Counted from the first letter of the stretch, positions 9,929 through 18,912 are shown. The stretch: DNA of 64,000 nt from Planctomycetota bacterium (GCA_026692865.1 JAPLNI010000023.1:7552-71551), one strand, 5' to 3'. Notes: a model not told the origin generated them from the sequence alone. Numbers and translations: made by a program.

Positions 9929-10160
9929 TATTTATCCTAGGTAGCGGGATCAATTAGATTGAAGTATACCCGATGCAGTCGCTATTGGTAGTTGATTTAC
10001 GGCTTGCTCTCTGTGTGCCGATCGTCCAGGTGTAAACGGTCTTTGTAGCGTGCGTCGAGTAGAAAGGCATCGCAAAATATCGTCAATAGAGTGTTGTGAA
10101 TTCAATTGGAGTCATCACATCCTATCCATTCTTCACGCGATCCGACATTGCAAAATCGCG

Positions 10161-10244
10161 AACGTTTTACGTGATGATAATTGCAGTCGCAGCAACCGCG
10201 GATTCAGTGAATTTGTTATCCGCTTCATCGAGCAGATTATCGTC
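10161..10244. repeat. dispersed repeat R2, copy a (~85 bp, ~85% identical to 17315..17400)
   Basis: Shared 27-bp identical core tgaatttgttatccgcttcatcgagca and flanking aattgcagt(c/t)gcagcaa(c/t)cgc. Confidence 0.8.
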
Positions 10245-10411
10245 TCTTTGTCGCCAAAGTTGGACATAAGGTCAGTCTCTCTGCTCGAAACAGCTGCCCT
10301 GGGTTGGTCTCGCTTTAAGCGAAAAGTCGTCTCTGTTTTGCGTTTGATTGGAGTCTGGCTCCCGCAACTGAATTGGGTGGTTACGAACAGTTTTCGACCC
10401 ACGTGTGAACA

Positions 10412-10447
10412 AAAAGGCTGGTGTTGTCATGACACCGGCCTTTTTTC
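10412..10447. terminator. putative bidirectional intrinsic terminator
   Basis: ggctggtgt-tgtcatg-acaccggcc (9-bp stem with one G.U) followed by ttttttcgttttt on the plus strand and preceded by aaaaa, giving a T-run on the minus strand too. ~390 bp downstream of the minus-strand NRAMP gene. Confidence 0.35.
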
Positions 10448-10512
10448 GTTTTTCCACCAGTCTTTTCGTTATCCGGCCGGTTTCTCGCGGCTCTCTCCCG
10501 GTCTCTGTTGGA

Positions 10513-10529
10513 CATAACCTGACGGTCAC
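10513..10529 (+). repeat. 17-bp exact copy (cataacctgacggtcac) of the anticodon-loop/variable-loop segment of the tRNA-Met fragment at 29787..29803
   Basis: Perfect 17-mer shared with the partial tRNA 19,274 bp downstream, same orientation. Flanks are unrelated to the tRNA. The chance expectation for a 17-mer in 64 kb is about 1e-5. Confidence 0.6.
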
Positions 10530-10537
10530 ACCCAAAA

Positions 10538-10569
10538 GCCATTTCGAGGCAAAGCCATTTCGAGGCAAA
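10538..10569. repeat. tandem duplication of 16-mer gccatttcgaggcaaa (x2)
   Basis: Directly visible in the sequence. Confidence 0.7.
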
Positions 10570-10649
10570 AAAGCCAATTTTGGCCCAAAGTCTCTCGACT
10601 CTCTGAAGGTCGAAAAATCCGGGTTAACATCAAGGTCTCTAATCGATCA

Positions 10650-10701
10650 TAACCCCACGGTTTTTCGTGCAGCTTGTTTTCTGGGTTATGAGGGTAGAGA
10701 C
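10650..10701. repeat. dispersed repeat R1, copy a (43 bp identical to 14173..14224, then tagagac)
   Basis: taaccccacggtttttcgtgcagcttgttttctgggttatgag. Contains an imperfect inverted repeat taacccca...tgggtta. In both copies it starts with TAA. Confidence 0.8.
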
Positions 10702-10726
10702 TTTTTGACGAAAAAAGAGTCGGCAC

Positions 10727-10795
10727 GTTGGGAGGGTGCCCTGTACGCGGCGAGTAGAACTCTCTCCGCGGAGGCGCCTGTTAAGTCGTATATAC
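10727..10795. repeat. dispersed repeat R4, copy a (~80% identical to 15213..15282)
   Basis: gttggga..cctgtacgcggcgagtagaactctctccgcggaggcgcctgttaagtcg versus gttgggtgg..cctgtaggcggcgagcagaaatccctccgcagagtcgcctgttatctcg. Confidence 0.7.
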
Positions 10796-10832
10796 CTTTG
10801 GTCGAAATATCGCGTCTGATCAAATACTGGAT

Positions 10833-12278
10833 CTACATCACTTGATCGCTAATCCAACTCACGGCCAATGCGATGATGCACGCAATGGTCAACGCTACCC
10901 CTGCCCAGCCCAAAATCGTTGCCACTCTGCCAATTTTCGCAGTCCCCACGACCTTGGGATCGCTTACCAAGATTTGCAGTGCCACAACATGGAAAGGCAG
11001 CAGGACGGCATTCACGACTTGGCTTAAGTAAATAAGCGGAATCAAAGACAGACCTGGAAGAGATACCACGCTTACGGCCGCCACCGTCAAACCTACGAAG
11101 GCCGCATAGAAATACTGAAAATGGTGTGAATCTAGATCAAGCGAAGCGGGAGCTCCAATCCCTTCTGCAATGGAGTAGGCTGTCGCCAGCGGAACGATGG
11201 CCGCCGCCAACAGCGAAGCCCCTAGTAGGCCCGCACCGAATAGAACCGTTGCAAAAGAACCCGCCAAAGGTTGCAGCGCGATCGCAGCGTCTCTCGCATC
11301 TTCGATTGGAATCCCAGCTTGATGGAGTGTTGCGGCGCACGCTACAGCAATCGAAAGACCGATGACGCCGGTCAGTAGCGAGCCGATTATGACATCGACG
11401 CGTTCCCATCGCAGGTCGGCAACTGTGATTTTCTTATCGACTGCGTATGACTGAATAAACGCTAGTCCCCAAGGAGCCAAAGTTGTTCCAAGGGTCGCGG
11501 TGATAGCGATCCAACCAGCGTTGTTCAGTGGCATACTTGGGATCAATGAATGATGAAGTACGAGTGACCAATCGGGTCCGGCCAAAATCCCGTCGACTAT
11601 ATACAACGCCAAGGAAGACGAAATAACGAGCAACACGACTTCCACTCGATGAAAAGAACCAAGCACCACGACTAGCGAGATCAGCAAGCCGGCAATTGGC
11701 GTGCTAAGCCATGAAGGAATACCAACAAGAGAAGCTGCCGCCGAGATGCCTGCATATTCAGCGCAGATCGTTCCGAAGTTCGCTAACAACAGGCCGATAA
11801 CAGCGAAATACCCCATTCGCACTCCCCACCGCTGGCGGATGATGGCGACGAAACCTTTGCCACTCGCCGCACCGATGCGGACCGCCAACAAATGGAAATA
11901 GACGAGCAAGATCGTCGACGCTGGAATGATCCAAAGAAGTCGATAGCCATGATCGGTGCCCAGCAATGAATAGGTCGTTATACCAGCAGGATCATCATCC
12001 GAGAGTCCCGCCAGCATCCCAGGCCCAAGAACTGCCAACAACGATGCAATCGCCCCAGCACCAGCACTACGATACTGATTGAATTTGCGAGCTATACCAC
12101 GTCGTTGGTGAGCAACCCCGTGAAGCGGTGCATGCGCGTGTCGCTTTTTTGCGGCATGATACAAAGTGTCGTGGAGACCACGAAGACGGCCAATTGCTTG
12201 ATTGTTCTTGTAGGATTTAACGCTCATGGATCTCCATACTACGCTTCGAGTGGGAAGGCTTAATGTAGCGTAACACAT
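10833..12278 (-). CDS. mntH: NRAMP-family divalent metal (Mn2+/Fe2+) transporter
   Basis: 481-aa ORF; the true start is probably an internal Met. Signature LGPGMLAGLSDDDPAGITTYS (GPG...DPGN-type TM1 motif), 11-12 hydrophobic helices. Confidence 0.85.
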   Translation of the reverse strand: MCYATLSLPTRSVVWRSMSVKSYKNNQAIGRLRGLHDTLYHAAKKRHAHAPLHGVAHQRRGIARKFNQYRSAGAGAIASLLAVLGPGMLAGLSDDDPAGITTYSLLGTDHGYRLLWIIPASTILLVYFHLLAVRIGAASGKGFVAIIRQRWGVRMGYFAVIGLLLANFGTICAEYAGISAAASLVGIPSWLSTPIAGLLISLVVVLGSFHRVEVVLLVISSSLALYIVDGILAGPDWSLVLHHSLIPSMPLNNAGWIAITATLGTTLAPWGLAFIQSYAVDKKITVADLRWERVDVIIGSLLTGVIGLSIAVACAATLHQAGIPIEDARDAAIALQPLAGSFATVLFGAGLLGASLLAAAIVPLATAYSIAEGIGAPASLDLDSHHFQYFYAAFVGLTVAAVSVVSLPGLSLIPLIYLSQVVNAVLLPFHVVALQILVSDPKVVGTAKIGRVATILGWAGVALTIACIIALAVSWISDQVM

Positions 12279-12635
12279 TGCCAGTTCGATGATTAAATTG
12301 CACAGGAATGGAAGTATCTTCGTTCCTCACATTTCTGCCGTGATTCAATGCAATCATGCGCAGGCGTGCGATCAAGCGAGCTAACCTCCTAAGACGCATT
12401 CAGGCTTTAATGGTAGTGATGGATTAATTTGAGCAAATCTGTCGATTTCTTTTTGTGCCTAGTCAACTCTGATATAACGTAATTTTTTCTGAGATAATCT
12501 CGGTTGAATGAAAAGTTCTTTTGACTTGAGTCATCAACACCCAAACCACGTCTACACCACCACAAGAAGTTTCGTTCGCACAGGATCGGAAACACATGAG
12601 CGATATCATTGCTACCACTCCGCGAAGACATTTCC

Positions 12636-12700
12636 AGAGTCGCCAGATTTTATTCAAATGACTCCCGTCCAAACCCAGGACTTACATGGATTTTTCGGCG
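12636..12700. repeat. dispersed repeat R3, copy a: conserved leader plus first codons (agagtcgccagattttattcaaATGactccc...ttacatggatt)
   Basis: Second copy at 15460..15526, 31-bp identical core. In copy a it carries the start codon of the DUF1877-like gene. Confidence 0.8.
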
Positions 12701-13308
12701 TCACCGACGCTTTCCCGGAGGCTCAGATTATGAGTATGTTGTGCAGCCTGTATCGAATCACCCCCAAGCAGGTTGAGAAGCTGAAAGCCTTCCCAGACGC
12801 TGTTGGCGAGTTGGTTGGCTTATTGGCGACACCACCGAAGAGCAGTTTCCTGTCAAAACTCTTTGGAAAATCCGCGAAACAATCTCCTCCTTCAGCGCGG
12901 ATGTTCGAGGCTATTGTCGAAGCCGACACATTCGAACTCAATCAAGCGTGGCACATATTGCACTTTCTGTTTTCTGGCGTTAACGCGGAAGCCCCGTGGC
13001 CCAACGGGTTCCTGATGTCCGGTGGCGAGGAGATCGGGCCTGACCTCGGCTATGGGCCAATTCGTCTCCTCGTCCCCGAGCGTTCGCACGCTGTCGCTAC
13101 TTTCCTCGAAGCTCAATCGTTCGGACGTATGAACGCAGCTTACGTTGCTAGTGAAATTGAGGCTGCTGAAATCTATTGGCAAGCCTCCGACGATGGATCC
13201 GAGCGGCTGCGGGAAGTGGAAGAGCTGTGGGGTACGGTCAAAGAACTCCATGTCTTCTTTGAGCAAACGGTCCGCACAGGCAATGGAATTCTCATCAACA
13301 TCTACTAA
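12658..13308 (+). CDS. DUF1877 (YfbM-like) family protein
   Basis: Start taken at ATG 12658 inside repeat R3a. NQAWHILHFLFSGVN...EIGPDLGYGPIRLL resembles the YfbM core DKRWDFLHFGLTGTS. Confidence 0.55.
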   Translation: MTPVQTQDLHGFFGVTDAFPEAQIMSMLCSLYRITPKQVEKLKAFPDAVGELVGLLATPPKSSFLSKLFGKSAKQSPPSARMFEAIVEADTFELNQAWHILHFLFSGVNAEAPWPNGFLMSGGEEIGPDLGYGPIRLLVPERSHAVATFLEAQSFGRMNAAYVASEIEAAEIYWQASDDGSERLREVEELWGTVKELHVFFEQTVRTGNGILINIY

Positions 13309-13737
13309 AGTGACGCCCAACCCTTAGTTCCAGGGTACCGGCAAGCTGCGCTTGCCGGTACCCTACGGGCTTCGCCCTTCGGCGTCCCCTGAACTCAAAC
13401 GTTCTGCAATACAAAATGAATCGCTTCATCAACTGGATTTTTTGCCCGAGCGAAATGAAGAACGTTAAAGTTCCTGGTGAGACAATTCGTACTGTTGATG
13501 AATCACGAATAATTTCGTTGATGTCGCTTGAGAAACAACTTGAACGGCTTGCGGATTTGGGACTTCGGATGAATCCCTGCGTAACGGTCGACGATCTGCT
13601 CTACTCACATAAACGCATAAACGCATCGATTCCGAAAGTGACCCATTTGAAGCGATCTTTCTTATGTTCGGAAACGACGTAGAACGAGAACATTGGGGAA
13701 GGCAGTTCTGCGAAAGAGCGTGGACATTCGACACTGA

Positions 13738-14175
13738 GTGTATTTACAGCACCGGAAGTTACGTGCGAGTTGCAGAGAATTTTGTCGAGCTGCGGGTATG
13801 CCGACTCTATTCAAAAATATTGAGGATTTCGTTGATTTGGAAAAAGGTAAAGCATGGCTAAGATACTCGGTCGACGGCAACGAGCGATTTTATGCAATAC
13901 CGGTCGATAATGATTGGGCTGACCCCGCTACTGTAGGTTCGATCATGAAAGATATTGAAAGAAACGGCAATCGCTTTTACGGAAAACTTGACGGACAAGC
14001 AACAACGTGGTTTTACTTGAATCACGAAACGGCCAAAGCGCTCAACCGAAACAAACAGCGACTACCAAATACGCAGTTTTACTTCGGTATTGGTAGTCGT
14101 AGCGGTGAGAGGGTAGAACGAGTACTCGCGCGAAAAAGTCCGGAATGCTATGACAATCTACCTACATGGCTGTAA
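13738..14175 (+). CDS. hypothetical protein (145 aa); possibly the C-terminal part of a gene split over three frames starting at 13416
   Basis: ORFs 13416..13682, 13664..13861 and 13738..14175 lie in successive overlapping frames and all read protein-like. Stop codon TAA 14173..14175 is the first 3 bases of repeat R1b. Confidence 0.4.
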   Translation: MYLQHRKLRASCREFCRAAGMPTLFKNIEDFVDLEKGKAWLRYSVDGNERFYAIPVDNDWADPATVGSIMKDIERNGNRFYGKLDGQATTWFYLNHETAKALNRNKQRLPNTQFYFGIGSRSGERVERVLARKSPECYDNLPTWL

Positions 14176-14224
14176 CCCCACGGTTTTTCGTGCAGCTTGT
14201 TTTCTGGGTTATGAGCTTAGAGAC
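14173..14224. repeat. dispersed repeat R1, copy b
   Basis: See R1 copy a. Confidence 0.8.
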
Positions 14225-14400
14225 CCCTCTGTGGAGTTATTACGAAGGCTCTAGAGATAAGTTGAAATGGAAAATCAGATTGGCCAGCTTGTGGCGGATC
14301 GCTATCGAGATCCTCGCAAAGTTCCAGTGCTCAAGGTGTCACCGGATTTGTGAAACTTGCTGTGAAGGTGAGGAACGCAAAAAGCTAAAGTAATGCCCCC

Positions 14401-15054
14401 ATGAATGGCTACACCAATACTCAAAATTGGTGTTTCGACTCAAAAGCTGCGATTGAAAAATTATTTTTTCATTTAGAGGCTAAGACTTGCCTACAGTATC
14501 GATGTAAAACCGACGATAACCAAAATCATTCCGGCCAGTCGCTTGCCATTCTTCATTCATCCATTCCCGCCTTTGGAGCCCTCCTCATGTTTGAATCCAT
14601 TTTATTTCGAAAAAAAACGGTCGATGCGGGGGCGAAGCTCAGGCGGTTGATGGACTTATCGATTGCTCGAAGTGACATCGAGGACGACAAAAGAGTATAT
14701 GATCGATACAAGAGAGCATTGCCTGTCTTGATCACGCCCTGGCGTGGAAGTCAAACCAGCAATGCTGATTCGCATATCGGTATTTCTCGAGACATGAGCG
14801 ATCATGGCGTTCGACTCTTTTTTCTCAAAGAGCCGACGGGACAAGAATTTCTGCTTTCGTTTTTCTTACAAAGGGAACGCAACGTTCTGGAGTGCTTTCA
14901 TTTTAAGGCCACCGTGCGAAACTACATGAAATTTGCACCCGACATTTATTCCGTTGGCATGAACATTTTAGAGCATCTGCAAGATGGCGAGGTCGAGCCT
15001 GGCGTCCAAGCGTTGTTACATCTCATCGGCCAGGATAGCGAAGGGCTTGGATAG
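14401..15054 (+). CDS. PilZ-like (putative c-di-GMP-binding) domain protein; alternative start ATG 14587
   Basis: RVYDR...(34 aa)...DMSDHG fits the PilZ RxxxR / [DN]xSxxG motif pair and spacing. Located in the ~1-kb segment that separates R1b from R4b. Confidence 0.4.
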   Translation: MNGYTNTQNWCFDSKAAIEKLFFHLEAKTCLQYRCKTDDNQNHSGQSLAILHSSIPAFGALLMFESILFRKKTVDAGAKLRRLMDLSIARSDIEDDKRVYDRYKRALPVLITPWRGSQTSNADSHIGISRDMSDHGVRLFFLKEPTGQEFLLSFFLQRERNVLECFHFKATVRNYMKFAPDIYSVGMNILEHLQDGEVEPGVQALLHLIGQDSEGLG

Positions 15055-15212
15055 ACGCTTTGCTTAGTCGTTCCGCGATTTGCAAATTGCGATTAAATTT
15101 GAGCCGAGGCGATACCCAACCAAATCTAAAACTCGGCTAGCTTTTCAGGCTCATGGGTAGGTTTCGGTCTGCTGCACGCCTCAATGTGAGATCGGAAAGC
15201 TGGGAGAACTGA

Positions 15213-15282
15213 GTTGGGTGGTTATCCTGTAGGCGGCGAGCAGAAATCCCTCCGCAGAGTCGCCTGTTATCTCGGATAACTA
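15213..15282. repeat. dispersed repeat R4, copy b
   Basis: See R4 copy a. In the shared frame a TAC in copy a is TAG in copy b. Confidence 0.7.
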
Positions 15283-15459
15283 CGCTCGGTAGGCGCAGTG
15301 AGGTAGGTAGGTTTCCGAGTGTTTGTGTCAAAGAAGCAACGCATGGTATTGAACTTGCCGAGGTCAAGAGCGAGAATTTTCATAGTTGATGTGTCCTTCG
15401 GGTTTGGGGTTGGAATGAATGTGACTCCCTGTGTTTCCGCACAGAGATGATCACGGGTC

Positions 15460-15526
15460 AGAGTCGCCAGATTTTATTCAAATGACTCCCACCCCAAGCC
15501 CATGAATTACATGGATTCTTTCGGCC
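15460..15526. repeat. dispersed repeat R3, copy b (decayed: 1-nt insertion frameshifts the shared N-terminal codons)
   Basis: tcgccagattttattcaaatgactccc then accccaagcccatgaattacatggatt. Copy a reads MTPVQTQDLHGFFG; copy b reads MTPTPSP* because of one extra base. Confidence 0.8.
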
Positions 15527-15559
15527 TTCAAGACGAGAATCAGCAATTAAAGTCCACCC

Positions 15560-15988
15560 ATGACATCCAATCCTTTCCTGCATGTTCGCTCTGCAAAGTT
15601 TCGGGTTCTTCCGGGCGAGGATGTTGAACTCGTGAATGAGGGCATGTACGGCAAATCGCTCGCACTGTACCTGCAGGTGAAATTGGCAGAGAACGGTTAC
15701 AAGACTCCGTGTGTTGTTTGCGAAGACTGGGGATGGTGGCTGGAAGTAAAGAGACTGGATCTTACATGTGGGATCGGCGTCTATGGTATGCAAATCGATG
15801 ATACCGATGATCTTGATCTTTGCGTGACTGTACTCACACCCAAAGGCAAGAAATGGAATTGGGCCAAACTTCGATCAATTGACACTTCCTCCGAGGTTGA
15901 GAAGTTGCATGATACTATTCGAAGCATTTTCACGGATGATTTGGACATCACGATCGTCTGTGAATCCCTCGATTTTCCGTTAGAATGA
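15560..15988 (+). CDS. hypothetical protein (142 aa)
   Basis: ORF immediately downstream of R3b; no recognisable family. Confidence 0.4.
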   Translation: MTSNPFLHVRSAKFRVLPGEDVELVNEGMYGKSLALYLQVKLAENGYKTPCVVCEDWGWWLEVKRLDLTCGIGVYGMQIDDTDDLDLCVTVLTPKGKKWNWAKLRSIDTSSEVEKLHDTIRSIFTDDLDITIVCESLDFPLE

Positions 15989-16100
15989 GCATCGGATTAC
16001 ACACGGAATTCGGACGAACCAACCATTGGGCCGGTCGACCGCGTTTGACTTTAGAAACTTTACTTTCGGCCACTGGATGAACGGTGCCGATGTTTAAACA

Positions 16101-16529
16101 ATGAATATGCGGGGACTATCGATAGGCGTTGGAATACCACTAGCTTTGGCTATCGTTTGCGCCGTTGGTCTCAAGTTTGTACGCCCGGATTTGTTTCCGC
16201 TCGAATGGGTGCTCCCCGCTACTTGTACGTTTTTCGCACAGTTCGGACTTCTCGCCCTGATTTTGATGCGACGAGGCAAACGCACTGACGAGAAGCAGAT
16301 AAAGTTGCTTCTAGATGAATCAAAGTCCAGGCAGAGCGCAGCGTCGTATTGGTTGGGAGATTTCGCTATTTTCAGCGTTTTCCTCGCACTCGGTGTAGTC
16401 GCTGGGACAATTTCCGGGGGCGTATGGTGGGCGGCTGGAGGAAATACCATTCGATCGTTGTCGGAAGCACTTTTAATGGGCGCCTTCTTTGGTGGCGTCG
16501 CGATGTTAATCTTATTTGGCGGCGTATAA
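16101..16529 (+). CDS. small integral membrane protein (4 predicted TM helices)
   Basis: The plus-strand ORF is strongly hydrophobic and helix-like (GVGIPLALAIVCAVGL..., FFGGVAMLILFGGV). The overlapping minus-strand ORF 16094..16549 is Pro/Arg/Ser-rich shadow-like. Confidence 0.45.
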   Translation: MNMRGLSIGVGIPLALAIVCAVGLKFVRPDLFPLEWVLPATCTFFAQFGLLALILMRRGKRTDEKQIKLLLDESKSRQSAASYWLGDFAIFSVFLALGVVAGTISGGVWWAAGGNTIRSLSEALLMGAFFGGVAMLILFGGV

Positions 16530-16636
16530 GAAAACGTCCCGCATAACAAATCTAGGATTAGCGACGGTCTTAAATTCGGGCAATATTGTTTGGTTCGCTC
16601 GATGAAAATTCGTAATGACTGTCCATTTTTTTGGGG

Positions 16637-17245
16637 TCACACGATACTGCGTTGTTCCTGATTTTGGTGAGATTGCTCAACGGGTCCATGCACTACTACA
16701 CGAGTTGCATTGGGTCCGACTCGAAGCATGAGTCTGAGCAGATTCAGATATGACGTGTGCGTGGCTGCAAATTGTCCGCAGCGATCATGATTCTTGATAG
16801 ATTCGCAAGCGACTGGGTTTGTATCATTTGTGCAAGGAACGAAAATCCGAAGCGTTGGATACGCCGTTAGTAGATTGATGGCGGTTTCGATGTGAACGGA
16901 GCTTTCGAGCGTGTATGACGCGTGAGGACCAGCGCCCCAGATGGCAACGAGGTCACGCGAGCGTTTGTCCCACGGATACGGTAACTCCAATGGATCAGTT
17001 CGTTGCCAACGAACTTCCGGTAGTCGTTCTTTCGCTCTCGCAACGAAATGATAGATGTAGCTTTGCATTACCGGATTTTCAACCCAAGACTCGTTCTGAT
17101 GCAAGTTCACGTTGAAGTCGGCTGGTAGGAACTGGATTGCACTGCGATGATCTTGCCACAGTTGATTGACTATCAAACATTCATCGCAACCATGATCTTG
17201 CTTGCCTCCGGTGGGTAAAAGATGGCTGATGATTTCGGCAAACAT
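16637..17245 (-). CDS. hypothetical protein (202 aa)
   Basis: ORF with ordinary composition; no family recognised. Confidence 0.45.
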   Translation of the reverse strand: MFAEIISHLLPTGGKQDHGCDECLIVNQLWQDHRSAIQFLPADFNVNLHQNESWVENPVMQSYIYHFVARAKERLPEVRWQRTDPLELPYPWDKRSRDLVAIWGAGPHASYTLESSVHIETAINLLTAYPTLRIFVPCTNDTNPVACESIKNHDRCGQFAATHTSYLNLLRLMLRVGPNATRVVVHGPVEQSHQNQEQRSIV

Positions 17246-17314
17246 GCTGAGCAGAGGGCAAATACATTCTGGAGTTTTCTGACGAGTTTGCGTCAGGTGG
17301 GGTAAAATTTCTAT

Positions 17315-17400
17315 AGTCGTTTATACGTAATAATAATTGCAGTTGCAGCAATCGCAGCTTCAATGAATTTGTTATCCGCTTCATCGAGCAAATTCGGTCG
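17315..17400. repeat. dispersed repeat R2, copy b
   Basis: See R2 copy a. Confidence 0.8.
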
Positions 17401-17445
17401 CAAAGAAAATGGAGTTGGCTTCAGTGGGGCGACAAATTGGTAAAT

Positions 17446-17607
17446 GTGTTTCCCGCGATTGTTCTCGATACTAATGTTCTAGTCGCAGGAGCATGTCACC
17501 ATGAGCGGAGCCTAGCATATCAACTACAGATGGCTATCCTTGATCGCCCAATTCCGCTGATGCTGAAAGAAGAGCTTACAGTTTCCGCCGAGCGATTTCC
17601 GGTCTGA
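17446..17607 (+). pseudogene. PIN-domain N-terminal remnant (VFPAIVLDTNVLVAGA...), truncated
   Basis: The frame that is open from 17317 through R2b reads ...NVFPAIVLDTNVLVAGACHH..., the characteristic PIN start (hhhDTNVhh). Only ~54 codons remain before the TGA at 17605..17607. No ATG start. Confidence 0.3.
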
Positions 17608-17610
17608 GGC

Positions 17611-18912
17611 TCACTTCGCAAGGGATGCCTTGACTAGCTTTTCATCGCTCCTGACGAAAATACTTTTTTCAGCAAATGCAGGATGCGACCAACAAACGCC
17701 ACTTCGCTTGGGTAGTTGAACTGTGGTTGGTTCGATTAATTGCGCACGATCGATAATCGTCAGCCCTGATGGAGAGACTTTCGTTATAAGAAGCTCGCCA
17801 CGTTCGTTGAACATCCACACTCGGTCGCGTTGCCTAACCATGTGAACGGTCGACCAACGAACTTTAGGAACCGCAGTGAGGTCTTCCCAGATCCGCTTTC
17901 CCGTAGTGGCATCAAGACACCGCATCTCGCCATAGCTATCGAAGCCGTAAACATACCCGTCTTGCACAATCGGAGTTCCGATCATCGCATGCAACGCATC
18001 GGTATTCTTCTCATCACGCCCTTTCGCTCGCCATTGTGGTTTTGACGTAAAACTGTCATGCGACGCTTTGACCATCAATGATCCATCATAAAAACTAGAT
18101 ACATAGATCAACTCACCATCGACGCTTGGCGTCGCAATTCCGATCGGCATTTGGACGGGTTTCATTTCATGCGACCAATACACCTCGCCACTGGTGGGAT
18201 CGATTCCCGATAACGATTCTCCAGTCCAACAGACCAGCACGTCCTTACCAGCCTGCTTGATCAGGATTGGTGACGAGTATCCTGCTCTTTCGTCGAGCGC
18301 TTTCCATACTTCTTTTCCTGTCGTCTTCTCGAACGCAACCATACACGCTCCGTTAGTCCCCGCAACCTGTTGAATGACAAGATCGCGGTAGACAAGTGGT
18401 GAGGCGGCGATGCCCCAAATAGGCATGTCGATCGAGTACTCGGCGTTCAAATCTCGCTTCCAAATGATTTCGCCGGTGATCGCGTTCAAGCAAAAAAAAT
18501 GCCCCATCGCACCGACGGAATAAGCCTTGCCTTCGTCGATAGTTATGCTTGCGCGAGGTCCTGCAGTGTAGCTAACCGTATAAGGAGCCTCGTATTCGTG
18601 AGTCCAAAGCGAGCTGCCTGTAGTGGAATCGAAGCAAAGCACTCGTTCAGTTTGCTTTCCGCTATTGGTCTGTCGATCACTGCAATAGACTCGTCCATCA
18701 GCAACAGTGGGTCCACTGTATCCTGGTCCAATCGGAACAGACCACTGAAGCGGAATTTGCCCATCAGGCAACGTGTCGACCAAGCCGTCCTCTCGCCAGG
18801 TACCATCGCGATCAGCACCACGCCATTGGGGCCAGTCATCCGCGTTTAGCGGAGGCGCAAGGTTCGCGATCAACAAAACGCAAAGATAACGTAAATCAAA
18901 TGTAAGTTTCAC
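17611..18912 (-). CDS. PQQ-like beta-propeller repeat protein, secreted
   Basis: 433 aa, N-terminal signal peptide. Repeated W-x-containing blades (WPQWRGADRDGTW, SLWTHE, EIIWKRDL, KEVWKA, EVYWSH, KRIWED) typical of PQQ/BamB-like 8-blade propellers. Confidence 0.85.
   Translation of the reverse strand: MKLTFDLRYLCVLLIANLAPPLNADDWPQWRGADRDGTWREDGLVDTLPDGQIPLQWSVPIGPGYSGPTVADGRVYCSDRQTNSGKQTERVLCFDSTTGSSLWTHEYEAPYTVSYTAGPRASITIDEGKAYSVGAMGHFFCLNAITGEIIWKRDLNAEYSIDMPIWGIAASPLVYRDLVIQQVAGTNGACMVAFEKTTGKEVWKALDERAGYSSPILIKQAGKDVLVCWTGESLSGIDPTSGEVYWSHEMKPVQMPIGIATPSVDGELIYVSSFYDGSLMVKASHDSFTSKPQWRAKGRDEKNTDALHAMIGTPIVQDGYVYGFDSYGEMRCLDATTGKRIWEDLTAVPKVRWSTVHMVRQRDRVWMFNERGELLITKVSPSGLTIIDRAQLIEPTTVQLPKRSGVCWSHPAFAEKSIFVRSDEKLVKASLAK

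Noticed and set aside
10050-10517. 155-aa plus-strand ORF
   Set aside because: It contains a canonical hairpin terminator and the R2a repeat. Translation is Cys/Arg/Ser-rich. More likely non-coding.
10650-10701. R1 as an integron attC site
   Set aside because: It has an inverted repeat but lacks the RYYYAAC / GTTRRRY core sites. No intI gene in the window.
16094-16549. Minus-strand 151-aa ORF overlapping the small membrane protein
   Set aside because: Pro/Arg/Ser-rich translation, typical antisense shadow. The plus-strand hydrophobic ORF was preferred.
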